Virus record (IMG/VR): IMGVR_UViG_3300016469_000686
Location: 1-30,641 of that record
Source of the DNA: a virus
Lineage: Duplodnaviria > Caudoviricetes
DNA length: 30,641 bases
Strand: one strand, 5' to 3'
Part shown: piece after piece, positions 1 to 7,105 of the stretch
Position numbering within the stretch: the stretch's first letter is position 1
How the letters are laid out: each line of letters starts with the position of its first letter
The notes under the pieces: generated by a model
What the model was told of the DNA's origin: nothing
Databases searched by the model: none
What the model saw: only the letters and a program-made list of their open reading frames with translations
Position numbers and translations under genes: made by a program

Positions 1-229
1 GCTGATCCTCACGGCCTTCATGACCAAGGCGCAGGACGTGGACTGCTGGTGTGTCACCGGCTCCTTCACGTGCAGCAAGCCGCGCCCCGACGAGTTCGGT
101 GGTTTCGCCTTCATCGTCGCCAAGAACAAGAAGAAGAAAGGCCCCCAGGTCATCGTCCGTTGGCTCGGGGTCGAGCAGTGGTTCTCGGAGCAGAAGCGGA
201 AGCTCCTGCCGCTGAAGGAGGGGGTATGA
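1..229 (+). CDS. Hypothetical protein, probably 5'-truncated by the window edge
   Basis: Frame of ORF 20..229 is open back to base 2; its stop TGA overlaps the next ATG (ATGA, 226-229). Confidence 0.55.
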   Translation, partial: LILTAFMTKAQDVDCWCVTGSFTCSKPRPDEFGGFAFIVAKNKKKKGPQVIVRWLGVEQWFSEQKRKLLPLKEGV

Positions 230-431
230 ACGTCTACCTCACCACCCGCAGCTGATCCTCTTCCTCAACGCCTCTGTTCCTGAAGCGGAGCGCGCGGCAG
301 CAGAGGCAGGTAGGCCCTGCCGGGTCGTCAACGTCGATGGCGTGCCTCGCGTCGTCGTGCGGGACCATGTCCCGGTGCGCATCAACCTCTGGGTCCGCGA
401 TCACAAAGTCGTCGCGGCCTTCTACGGGTGA
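226..431 (+). pseudogene. Frameshifted small gene resembling the I78/I13 peptidase-inhibitor-like fold (pseudogene or sequencing error)
   Basis: RBS GAAGGAGG + ATG 226 gives only MNVYLTTRS*, but the -1 frame is open to TGA 429-431 and reads ...LFLNASVPEAERAAAEAGRPCRVVNVDGVPRVVVRDHVPVRINLWVRDHKVVAAFYG*; similar to 5220..5486. Confidence 0.5.
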
Positions 432-434
432 ACC

Positions 435-734
435 ATGAATAAGATTGGAGATCGCGTGGGTGCCATCCTTTCAGCCAGCGAAACCGAGGTTCGCTTCCTC
501 GGGTTCGGCGTATACGTGGGAGACCAGTTGTTCCACTTCACGGTCAACGGCGAAGAGTTCCCGGCCCCTTCCCCCAAACTCGTACTCGACGACGGCACTG
601 TCGTCTTCGGGTTCGAGTGCTGGTGGGGTCCGGAGAAAAACATCCAGGAGTTTCTGAAGGGGAAGACCGTTGTCCCGGTCGACAAGGAGGGCGTCCTTCT
701 CCCCGAGAAGAACGCCCCCACCACCCCTTCTTGA
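435..734 (+). CDS. Phage hypothetical protein (99 aa)
   Basis: Protein-like ORF (GDRVGAI...GFGVYVGD...LDDG..VFGFECWWG), 3 nt after the previous stop. Confidence 0.75.
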   Translation: MNKIGDRVGAILSASETEVRFLGFGVYVGDQLFHFTVNGEEFPAPSPKLVLDDGTVVFGFECWWGPEKNIQEFLKGKTVVPVDKEGVLLPEKNAPTTPS

Positions 735-746
735 AGCGAGGAACCG

Positions 747-1142
747 ATGCCCAAGAAGAAAGTTGCGGACCAGAGCTCCCCGAAGAGCGACCAGCTCAAG
801 GAGCTGGCGGCTCAGCGGGTGGCGCTCACCAAGCAGATCGAGGCCAAGGTCGCGGAGATCAAAGGCCTTGAGAGCGAGACGTGTGCTCTCCGTGAGAAGC
901 ACGCGGGGCTGTGTGAGGCTGAGCGGAAGCTCGCCCACGAGATCCTGTGCGAGTCCCCTCTCTCCCCCGCAGAGGTGAAGGTGCTGCGCAACGGGACGGA
1001 TTTGATCGCGCCGAGCAAGGCCGCGCAGCGGCTGCGCAAGCGCGGCCTTGTGTCAATCCGTACGATCGTCACCAAGGACTACTACGTCCTCACACCTCAA
1101 GGGCGGGAGGTCTTGAGGAAGATCGAAGAGGGGAGGGGCTGA
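747..1142 (+). CDS. Hypothetical protein, N-terminal coiled coil and possible C-terminal winged-helix
   Basis: GAGGA RBS; heptad-like N-half; C-half LSPAE.KVL...AQRLRKRGLV...YVLTPQGREVL resembles a wHTH tail. Confidence 0.65.
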   Translation: MPKKKVADQSSPKSDQLKELAAQRVALTKQIEAKVAEIKGLESETCALREKHAGLCEAERKLAHEILCESPLSPAEVKVLRNGTDLIAPSKAAQRLRKRGLVSIRTIVTKDYYVLTPQGREVLRKIEEGRG

Positions 1143-1468
1143 TGGGCGAGCTGAGGCGAGCGACAGAGGAGTCGGAGCGAAACCGACGTACGCTCTGCGA
1201 GATCCTGGAGATCAGCCCGAACAGCTCAGCCCGGGAGATCTTCGCTGCTGCGCGGTTCCTCATGAGCGCGCTGCGAGACCTATCCGTGCCGCCGGGGGTG
1301 GACTCCGACAGCTGCGGGGCGCAGCCCTTCAGCCGCGCACCCTTCTACGAGCAGGTCTGGGCGGAGGCCTGGTCGGTGTGCACGAGGTACGGCGTCGCAA
1401 ACTTGCCGGGTGCGTGTACGCGCACGGCCAAGTCCTGCACGGGGGCGACGCCCCCCGATACCTGGTGA
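1142..1468 (+). CDS. Hypothetical protein (108 aa)
   Basis: ATG 1142 overlaps the upstream TGA (TGATG), preceded by GGAGG; C-terminal part of ORF 947..1468. Confidence 0.55.
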   Translation: MGELRRATEESERNRRTLCEILEISPNSSAREIFAAARFLMSALRDLSVPPGVDSDSCGAQPFSRAPFYEQVWAEAWSVCTRYGVANLPGACTRTAKSCTGATPPDTW

Positions 1469-1534
1469 GAAGAAGCGCTCGTAACCTTCAGCCCTGCCGC
1501 CCCTGTGGGGCGGTGGGGCTGTTCTGGAGGAAAC

Positions 1535-1804
1535 ATGCTGGAGATCGATCCTCAGCGTAGCGCTGCGCTCCTGGAAGGCCGCGCTGCGTTCTACAGAAGG
1601 GAGCCCAGGAGGGCCAACCCATACCCCGAGGAGCCGCTGAAGCGAAAAGCCTGGTCCGATGGGTGGGTGGGTGCCTGGAAGGAGTGGAAGCGCATCCGCA
1701 AGCGCTACCGCCGCCTGGGGACATACGCCGTCTGGCCGTACCCTCGGCCTGATAAGTGGCTGCCTGGCCCTGCGCCAGCGAGGTCTGTGGGCCTGGGTGC
1801 GTGA
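1535..1804 (+). CDS. Rmf/CrpP-like small protein
   Basis: GGAGG RBS before ATG 1535; EGRAAF......NPYP......AWSDGW matches the G-x2-A-x7-PY-x7/8-W-x2-GW pattern of ribosome modulation factor-like proteins. Confidence 0.55.
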   Translation: MLEIDPQRSAALLEGRAAFYRREPRRANPYPEEPLKRKAWSDGWVGAWKEWKRIRKRYRRLGTYAVWPYPRPDKWLPGPAPARSVGLGA

Positions 1805-1814
1805 AGGAGAGGAC

Positions 1815-2147
1815 ATGAAGAGCACCATGTACCTCTCGCCCGAAGAGCTCGCGCCCATCGTCGCGAACGGCAAGGGCACGCTGGTCCGCCCCATCGTCGC
1901 GGACCACGTACATATCGAAACGCTCCCGGGGGAGGAGGGGCCGTCTGCCTGGACCGTCGAGCGGTACCTGAAGGGCGGGAAGGCGTACCAGCGATGCACG
2001 CGCCTCTACCCGTTCGACAAACAGGACCACGGATACCTGCGGCTGAAGGTGAAGTGGGCACGTAAGGCCCACTACTTCAAGATCGCCTCTTGCCGGGTGG
2101 TCAAGGAGAAGGGGTCTTGGGTGTGGGTCATCGAGGTAGAGAAGTAG
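1815..2147 (+). CDS. Hypothetical protein (110 aa)
   Basis: GAAGGAGAGG RBS before ATG 1815; in frame with ORF 1659..2147. Confidence 0.65.
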   Translation: MKSTMYLSPEELAPIVANGKGTLVRPIVADHVHIETLPGEEGPSAWTVERYLKGGKAYQRCTRLYPFDKQDHGYLRLKVKWARKAHYFKIASCRVVKEKGSWVWVIEVEK

Positions 2148-2171
2148 ACGCACCGGCATGGGCTGCGACGG

Positions 2172-2219
2172 CCCCGGAAAACCGTGGGCCCGGGGGCTGA
2201 GCCGTTGAAGGAGAAGAAG
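2172..2219 (+). repeat. Leader repeat A, copy 1 (hairpin + RBS)
   Basis: ccccggaaaaccgtgggcccgggggct...tgaaggagaagaa, similar to 2526..2573. Confidence 0.65.
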
Positions 2220-2513
2220 ATGAACGTAACCGAAGCGCTCAAAAAGCTAGCTGACGCGAGCGAGGAGTCCATCCTGCTCGCCCACGATCCTAGCGACGGT
2301 CTTTTCGTCGTTGTCCGATGGGAGGACGACCACCGCCGCATGGCGTTTCTAGGCTCTGACGCGACCGACCTGGATGGCGATGCGCTGGCCCTGTACCTCC
2401 TGGTCCGGGCTGCAAAGTACCTCGTGGATCAGGCCGTGAAAGACGTAAACGGGCATCGCGCCGTGCGCCTGCGGATCGTCGAGAGCGAGATTGCTGCGGC
2501 CATCAACGGCTGA
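2220..2513 (+). CDS. Hypothetical protein (97 aa)
   Basis: GAAGGAG RBS, ATG 2220, in frame with ORF 2184..2513. Confidence 0.7.
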   Translation: MNVTEALKKLADASEESILLAHDPSDGLFVVVRWEDDHRRMAFLGSDATDLDGDALALYLLVRAAKYLVDQAVKDVNGHRAVRLRIVESEIAAAING

Positions 2514-2525
2514 CACCCCCTGACA

Positions 2526-2573
2526 CCCCGGAAACCGGGGCCCCGGGGCTTCGCTGCGTGAAGGAGAAGAACG
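2526..2573 (+). repeat. Leader repeat A, copy 2 (hairpin + RBS)
   Basis: ccccggaaaccggggccccggggct...tgaaggagaagaa; CCCCGG-AAA-CCGGGG hairpin; preceded by a tgacacccc tandem duplication (2511-2529). Confidence 0.65.
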
Positions 2574-2861
2574 ATGGTTCTGAAGCTGTGGACGTACGAC
2601 ACATTTGACGGGGATTACTTCGTGGCCGAGTCCGCGGAGGAGGCTGATGCGATGCTGAAAGAGCACTCGGGGTGGACCCTGGAGGAGCTCATCGCGAACG
2701 AGGGCATCGAAGGCGAGTGGACGGCGATGCCGGACGACAAGGTCTTCAAGCTCAGACTGGAAGAAGAGACGTGCGGCCTCCCTGTGGGGGTTCACGAGAA
2801 GACCGCCGCCGAGTGGTGTGCGGCCAACGGCAAGGGATACCTCTTCTCGATGAACTATTGA
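2574..2861 (+). CDS. Acidic hypothetical protein (95 aa)
   Basis: Strong RBS, protein-like composition. Confidence 0.75.
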   Translation: MVLKLWTYDTFDGDYFVAESAEEADAMLKEHSGWTLEELIANEGIEGEWTAMPDDKVFKLRLEEETCGLPVGVHEKTAAEWCAANGKGYLFSMNY

Positions 2862-2956
2862 CCGGAGCCTTGAAGAACATGGAAAACGATAGCCCCCCAC
2901 GTAAAGACCCTCCGCGCCCTAGAGCCGGAGTTGCACCGGCTGCGGGAGGTGGAGCG

Positions 2957-3130
2957 ATGACCGACGACGCACCCCCGGACGTGTGCCCACCGCAGCCGGT
3001 GACCCAGGCGCCCTTCACCGAATGGCTCTGCTCAGGGCTATTTTTCGACTGCTGCCTCTACCCGGGCACCTCGCCCGAAACTCATACCTGGGATCAGACC
3101 TGGTGCAAGGTGACGGAGCCAAGCCCGTGA
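2957..3130 (+). CDS. Small Cys-containing hypothetical protein (57 aa)
   Basis: GGAGGTGGAG before ATG 2957; stop overlaps next GTG (GTGA). Confidence 0.4.
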   Translation: MTDDAPPDVCPPQPVTQAPFTEWLCSGLFFDCCLYPGTSPETHTWDQTWCKVTEPSP

Positions 3131-3441
3131 TTACTTACCGCAAACAGTCTGAGAAGGACGTCGCAAAGAGCTCCCATAAGGAGCCTTTCCCCCTGCGCCC
3201 CTACTACCCCACGATGCTGTGGGGTAGTGGCATCTCCGCTGCGACGGGTGCTCTCGTGGGGGCGTTCCTTAGCACGTCTAACCTCGTACTTCGCTGGACG
3301 ATCTTTGCGCTCGCGATCTCCATCGGGACCATCGGTTTCTTCGGGACCATGTACCTGTGGATATCTACGGCTGAGGCTGAGTTGCGTAAGCGCCCTCCTC
3401 CCGAGAGCAGGGGCGAGGACGAAGGAAGCTACTATGGCTGA
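3127..3441 (+). CDS. Small membrane protein with two predicted TM helices
   Basis: Hydrophobic segments MLWGSGISAATGALVGAFL and WTIFALAISIGTIGFFGTMYLWI; GTG 3127 coupled to previous stop. Confidence 0.6.
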   Translation: MITYRKQSEKDVAKSSHKEPFPLRPYYPTMLWGSGISAATGALVGAFLSTSNLVLRWTIFALAISIGTIGFFGTMYLWISTAEAELRKRPPPESRGEDEGSYYG

Positions 3442-3703
3442 CACGAGCATCAGCTGCACGAAGGGGGATGTCACTTCAAGCTCGGAGCCGTCCAGCTCGT
3501 GCAGAACGCTGGAGCTTCAGTTTCCGAACGAAACCGGTGAGTGGGTTACGGAGGCGACGTACACCTTGGAGGAGTTCATCGCCAAGCATCGCAGCGGGAT
3601 GTGGGCTGCGGAGATAGCAGGCGTCCGCAGCCTCGCTGTCGGGGAGTCCTTCTGGGGTGGAGGGGGAGCCCTCCCCGAATGGCGGGTGGTCCGGAAGGGC
3701 TGA
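3434..3703 (+). CDS. Hypothetical protein (89 aa)
   Basis: GAAGGA RBS, ATG 3434, C-terminal part of ORF 3227..3703. Confidence 0.55.
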   Translation: MADTSISCTKGDVTSSSEPSSSCRTLELQFPNETGEWVTEATYTLEEFIAKHRSGMWAAEIAGVRSLAVGESFWGGGGALPEWRVVRKG

Positions 3704-3768
3704 TGCGCTGCGCGAGCTAGGCCTCGGCAAAGAAGAAGGGGGGCGCGGCATAAGGCTGCGACGCATGA
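3692..3768 (+). repeat. Direct repeat B, copy 1 (stop codon + putative promoter + ATG)
   Basis: cggaagg(g)ctgatgcgctgcgcg...taggccNcggcaaagaagaaggggggNgcggcataagNctgNg...gcatga; matches 4102..4185. Confidence 0.85.
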
Positions 3769-4112
3769 TCCAAGACAAGACCTACGAGACCTGGAGCGAC
3801 AAACGCAGCGTCTGCGTCACGCTTCATGAAGAGCGTCTCCCTGAACTCCTCTCCCTGGTGTTCGGGAAGGCGTACATCGGTTACGACGCGGAGCAGTATT
3901 ACCTCCTGGACATGGACTACGGAGACATCCGGATTAGCGGCATCTTTGCTGTCCTGCTCATCTACAGCCGGTGCCTGACCGGAGCGCTGGTTCTCGATGA
4001 ACGGGGGCTCGACTTGATCCAGGAGGTTGTGGGCGAGCACGGTCCCGCACTCCTCCCCTTCACGAACCCGCAGCGTGCGCGCTGGCGAGGCTTTCGTAGT
4101 ACGGAAGGCTGA
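3765..4112 (+). CDS. Hypothetical protein (115 aa), paralog of 5776..6168
   Basis: Shared YE.W.DK....VTLHEE.LP..L.L..G..Y.G and L.GA..L....LDLIQ.VVG.HGP.LLPFT. Confidence 0.8.
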   Translation: MIQDKTYETWSDKRSVCVTLHEERLPELLSLVFGKAYIGYDAEQYYLLDMDYGDIRISGIFAVLLIYSRCLTGALVLDERGLDLIQEVVGEHGPALLPFTNPQRARWRGFRSTEG

Positions 4113-4185
4113 TGCGCTGCGCGGGCCGGGCCTGTAGGCCACGGCAAAGAAGAAGGGGGGAGCGGCATAAGCCTGTGGTGCATGA
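4102..4185 (+). repeat. Direct repeat B, copy 2
   Basis: Near-identical to 3692..3768 with an approximately 8-nt insertion. Confidence 0.85.
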
Positions 4186-4203
4186 CGCATCCCCTTTTTT
4201 AGC
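4157..4203 (+). terminator. Putative intrinsic terminator
   Basis: GGGGA-GCG-G-CAT...ATG-A-CGC-A-TCCCC imperfect stem followed by TTTTTTAGC. Confidence 0.45.
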
Positions 4204-4212
4204 GGAGGTAAG

Positions 4213-4455
4213 GTGATCGAAGATCAGACCCTGGTGAGGCACGGCCTCGCCCTGTCGGTGGAGGAGCTGGTGGAGCGGTGGAGGATCACGAAGCGCCCCA
4301 TCCACTGCGACCCGATGGACGCAGCTCCCGGGCTGGAGGACAGCGAGATGGCTCTGGCCGAAGAGCTGGAGCGACATGGCGTGGAGGTGCTCCCTCCTGC
4401 CAAGGTCCGTGCGCGTAGGCTGGGAGCTGCGCTGCGGAAGAACCGTCTGCGTTGA
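4213..4455 (+). CDS. Hypothetical protein (80 aa)
   Basis: GGAGGT RBS before GTG 4213. Confidence 0.6.
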   Translation: MIEDQTLVRHGLALSVEELVERWRITKRPIHCDPMDAAPGLEDSEMALAEELERHGVEVLPPAKVRARRLGAALRKNRLR

Positions 4456-4467
4456 AAGGAGAGAGCG

Positions 4468-4728
4468 ATGAGAGTCCACTGGCTCGTCAAGCGGAGTCGG
4501 CCGGGCATGTTCGAGACTTGCTACCTCGGAGGCATCACGGACTTTTACAACGGTGCGTCGTACAGCCACGGCGACAAGCTGCACCCCGGCGGCGGAGAGC
4601 CCTTGCGCCTGTGGCCCATGGTCGCCACCACACCGCAGATCGTCACTACACTCCGCGCGGAGTTCCCGCGCATCCCGATGCCCTTGTGCTTCAAGGAGTA
4701 CGTAGATGTTGTTCAGAACGATGGTTGA
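4468..4728 (+). CDS. Hypothetical protein (86 aa)
   Basis: AAGGAG RBS before ATG 4468. Confidence 0.6.
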   Translation: MRVHWLVKRSRPGMFETCYLGGITDFYNGASYSHGDKLHPGGGEPLRLWPMVATTPQIVTTLRAEFPRIPMPLCFKEYVDVVQNDG

Positions 4729-5230
4729 TGTGGAAGCGCCTGTCCGTGCGGCAGGCGACGTGATCCGCCTCGGTAAGATGGCGCAGCTCCTCCCCCGGCT
4801 GCGCTCCTTGGGCCTTCAAGTCCAGCACGTAGGCAGGCCTGAGTCCGGGGCCTGGGATCTGGACAACGTGCAGGTGAAGGGTGTGCGGCTGGAGGGGGAG
4901 CAGAGCCGCGAGCAGTTCCAGGCCACGGCCGACCTGCTGGAGCTGGAGACCCATGGCGAGGTCGTCGAGGTGCTCGGGGTGGGCGAGTACAACCCGCTGT
5001 GCATCGCCTTCAACGGCACGGTTCGGTACACCGAGCGCCACAGGCTCACCGACATGGCGGTCATCACCGCCTACATCACCCCCATTCCCGAGTTCGTGGT
5101 CGTGAATCGGCGGACCGACAACGCCTGGTTCACTCGGTCCTGGGAACGGGTGCGCAGGAGCATCGTTCGCACCTGGGGCAGCGTGTCTGCCCGAAACCGC
5201 CTCAAGAAGGAGCTCCGTCGTGTCCCCTGA
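4706..5230 (+). CDS. Hypothetical protein (174 aa)
   Basis: AAGGAG 7 nt before ATG 4706; GC3-rich codons; alternative start at 4721. Confidence 0.65.
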   Translation: MLFRTMVDVEAPVRAAGDVIRLGKMAQLLPRLRSLGLQVQHVGRPESGAWDLDNVQVKGVRLEGEQSREQFQATADLLELETHGEVVEVLGVGEYNPLCIAFNGTVRYTERHRLTDMAVITAYITPIPEFVVVNRRTDNAWFTRSWERVRRSIVRTWGSVSARNRLKKELRRVP

Positions 5231-5486
5231 TCTCAGCAGCATCCTCCAACGCCCGGTCAACGAGGTGACCTCCCTCCTCACCTCCCTCGGCTACGCCGTC
5301 CACATCTTCCGTGAAGATGGGTGGACGTTTGCGGTGTACGACCCGCGCCCCCACCTGGTGAACCTCACCGTCGAGAACGGGGTGGTGCAGGGCTACACCT
5401 ACCGCCATGAGGCCCTTCCCCCCAACGGTATGGTCGAGCTCAAGAAGATCGCGCTCCAGAAGGCCCTCTGGCCCTTCGGGTCGTAG
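5220..5486 (+). CDS. Small protein, I78/I13 peptidase-inhibitor-like fold
   Basis: AAGGAG RBS; LG..V.I...DG.....D.RP..VNL.VENGVV pattern. Confidence 0.55.
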   Translation: MSPDLSSILQRPVNEVTSLLTSLGYAVHIFREDGWTFAVYDPRPHLVNLTVENGVVQGYTYRHEALPPNGMVELKKIALQKALWPFGS

Positions 5487-5503
5487 GGAGGGGACGAAGA
5501 ACC

Positions 5504-5779
5504 ATGCCTGAACCCCAAGAGATCAACTTCGACGCCTGTCCCGACGAGGAGCTGAGGCTCCTCCTCGACCCTCGCTCCTCCCCGCCTGAAGAGGGGGAGG
5601 ATCGCCTGGACTACATGAAGCGCACCGAGCAGCGCTGCACCAAGGAGCAGCGGGCCTACATCCGCCGCCTGCTCAAGGCCAGGGCTGCCCGTCTCTCCGG
5701 GCGGATCCAGGAGGCCCTCGAACACGAAGCGGCGCTGGAGCGCCTTTACCGCCGCATCGCGGCCCCCCTACGCTGGTGA
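5504..5779 (+). CDS. Hypothetical protein (91 aa)
   Basis: GGAGG RBS region; helical charged protein; stop overlaps next GTG. Confidence 0.65.
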   Translation: MPEPQEINFDACPDEELRLLLDPRSSPPEEGEDRLDYMKRTEQRCTKEQRAYIRRLLKARAARLSGRIQEALEHEAALERLYRRIAAPLRW

Positions 5780-6168
5780 CCTCCATGACCCCTGACGCGC
5801 AGAACTACGAGATCTGGGATGACAAGCAACGGCTGACCGTCACCCTCCACGAAGAGCACCTCCCGGCATTCCTGCGCCTGGCTTACGGGAGCGAGTACCG
5901 AGGGCACCAAAGCCACGGCAACCACCGCCGCTACCTCGTCGGCATGGGGCACGAGATCCGCTGCTACCAAGGCCTCCCGCTGGTCATGCGCACCTACCAT
6001 CTCGGCCTGAAGGGCGCGATGTTGCTGAGCAATCACGCCCTCGACCTGATCCAGCAGGTCGTCGGTGACCACGGACCGACCCTCCTCCCCTTCACCAGTG
6101 CCCTTTATGCAAGCAGGCACAACCCCGCTCGCGCTTCCATAGGGCGTATCCACGGCAAGGTCGCCTGA
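5776..6168 (+). CDS. Hypothetical protein (130 aa), paralog of 3765..4112
   Basis: Clear pairwise similarity; GTGA coupling with the upstream gene. Confidence 0.8.
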   Translation: MTSMTPDAQNYEIWDDKQRLTVTLHEEHLPAFLRLAYGSEYRGHQSHGNHRRYLVGMGHEIRCYQGLPLVMRTYHLGLKGAMLLSNHALDLIQQVVGDHGPTLLPFTSALYASRHNPARASIGRIHGKVA

Positions 6169-6430
6169 AAATCAGGGGGGTCTGACCAGCCCTGGGAGGG
6201 GGCAAAAAGGGGCTGAAAGGATCCCTCTGCTCCCGGGCTGAAGCCTCGGAGCGGTGCGGTGAGCGACCAGCTCGGTACTGCGGGTTTCTCTGTAGAGAAA
6301 CTCCACCCTGGTCCCAGGCCGCTCTTTTTAGCCCCGAAAAGCAGGCGGTTTGACGCAGCACAGCAAAAGGGAAAAAGGTGCAGAAAGGATGGGGGTGCTC
6401 CCGGGGCGAGATCCGGGGCATGGCGGGGCT

Positions 6431-6468
6431 AAAGAAAAGGGCGCGTCATGGAGACCCACGCGCGCCCT
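6431..6468 (-). terminator. Intrinsic terminator closing the minus-strand core operon
   Basis: Minus strand AGGGCGCG...CGCGCCCT stem followed by TTTCTTTAGC, about 30 nt after the stop at 6497. Confidence 0.7.
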
Positions 6469-6496
6469 AACGGCTGTATGGAACTACGCCCTGGAC

Positions 6497-7105
6497 CTAC
6501 TTGTCACCCCGGGCAGCGACCTTGGGGTAGTGGTGCGCCGGGTCGGGGACGTACTGGACCCGCCGGTCCTTCGCCGGGTTGGCCCACGTCTTCTGGGGGT
6601 GCATCGGTCCCTCCTCCTTCGCCTCCTCCACCTGCTGGGCGTCCCTGTTGGTGATGAAGGCGGAGAGGTCGGAGAACAGCCGCTGACGCAACTCGGAGGC
6701 CTTCGTGGCCTGCTCCTTCGCGGACTGAGCGGCAGGGGGCTCCTTCCTGAACATTTCGTCCGCCGGACGGATCCCCCGGCTGGGGCAGTCGTCCGACCCC
6801 AGGACCAGGCGGATGGACCCGTGCAGGTTTTGCAGAACCAGCAGGTACTGCGGGCTCCCGTCGAGCATCTCCTCGTACCAGAGGCGAAGGCTCCAGCCAT
6901 CCAGGCGATCCGAGGGCACCAGCTGGCACAGCACCGTGTCCAGGAACTCGGAGCTGAGGAGCTTGGGGGCGTGGTTCAGCAGGTGGTCGAGGATCGGCAG
7001 CCAGGTGTTCAGCTGCTGGATACCCTTCTCGGCCCCATCCTCCGGGTAGAGGATCTGGAGGAGCAGCAGCTTGGTGACGTTGAGGGTGTAGGACTTGAGG
7101 ATCAT
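6497..7105 (-). CDS. Hypothetical protein (202 aa)
   Basis: ATGA-coupled to the upstream gene; protein-like composition. Confidence 0.7.
   Translation of the reverse strand: MILKSYTLNVTKLLLLQILYPEDGAEKGIQQLNTWLPILDHLLNHAPKLLSSEFLDTVLCQLVPSDRLDGWSLRLWYEEMLDGSPQYLLVLQNLHGSIRLVLGSDDCPSRGIRPADEMFRKEPPAAQSAKEQATKASELRQRLFSDLSAFITNRDAQQVEEAKEEGPMHPQKTWANPAKDRRVQYVPDPAHHYPKVAARGDK

Noticed and set aside
3692-4185. CRISPR array or IS ends
   Set aside because: Only two long copies separated by a whole gene; no cas, transposase or inverted terminal repeats.
6249-6324. Possible tRNA gene (76-nt cloverleaf-like fold)
   Set aside because: No TTCRA T-loop, no 7-nt anticodon loop and no CCA on either strand; kept only as a structured-RNA candidate.
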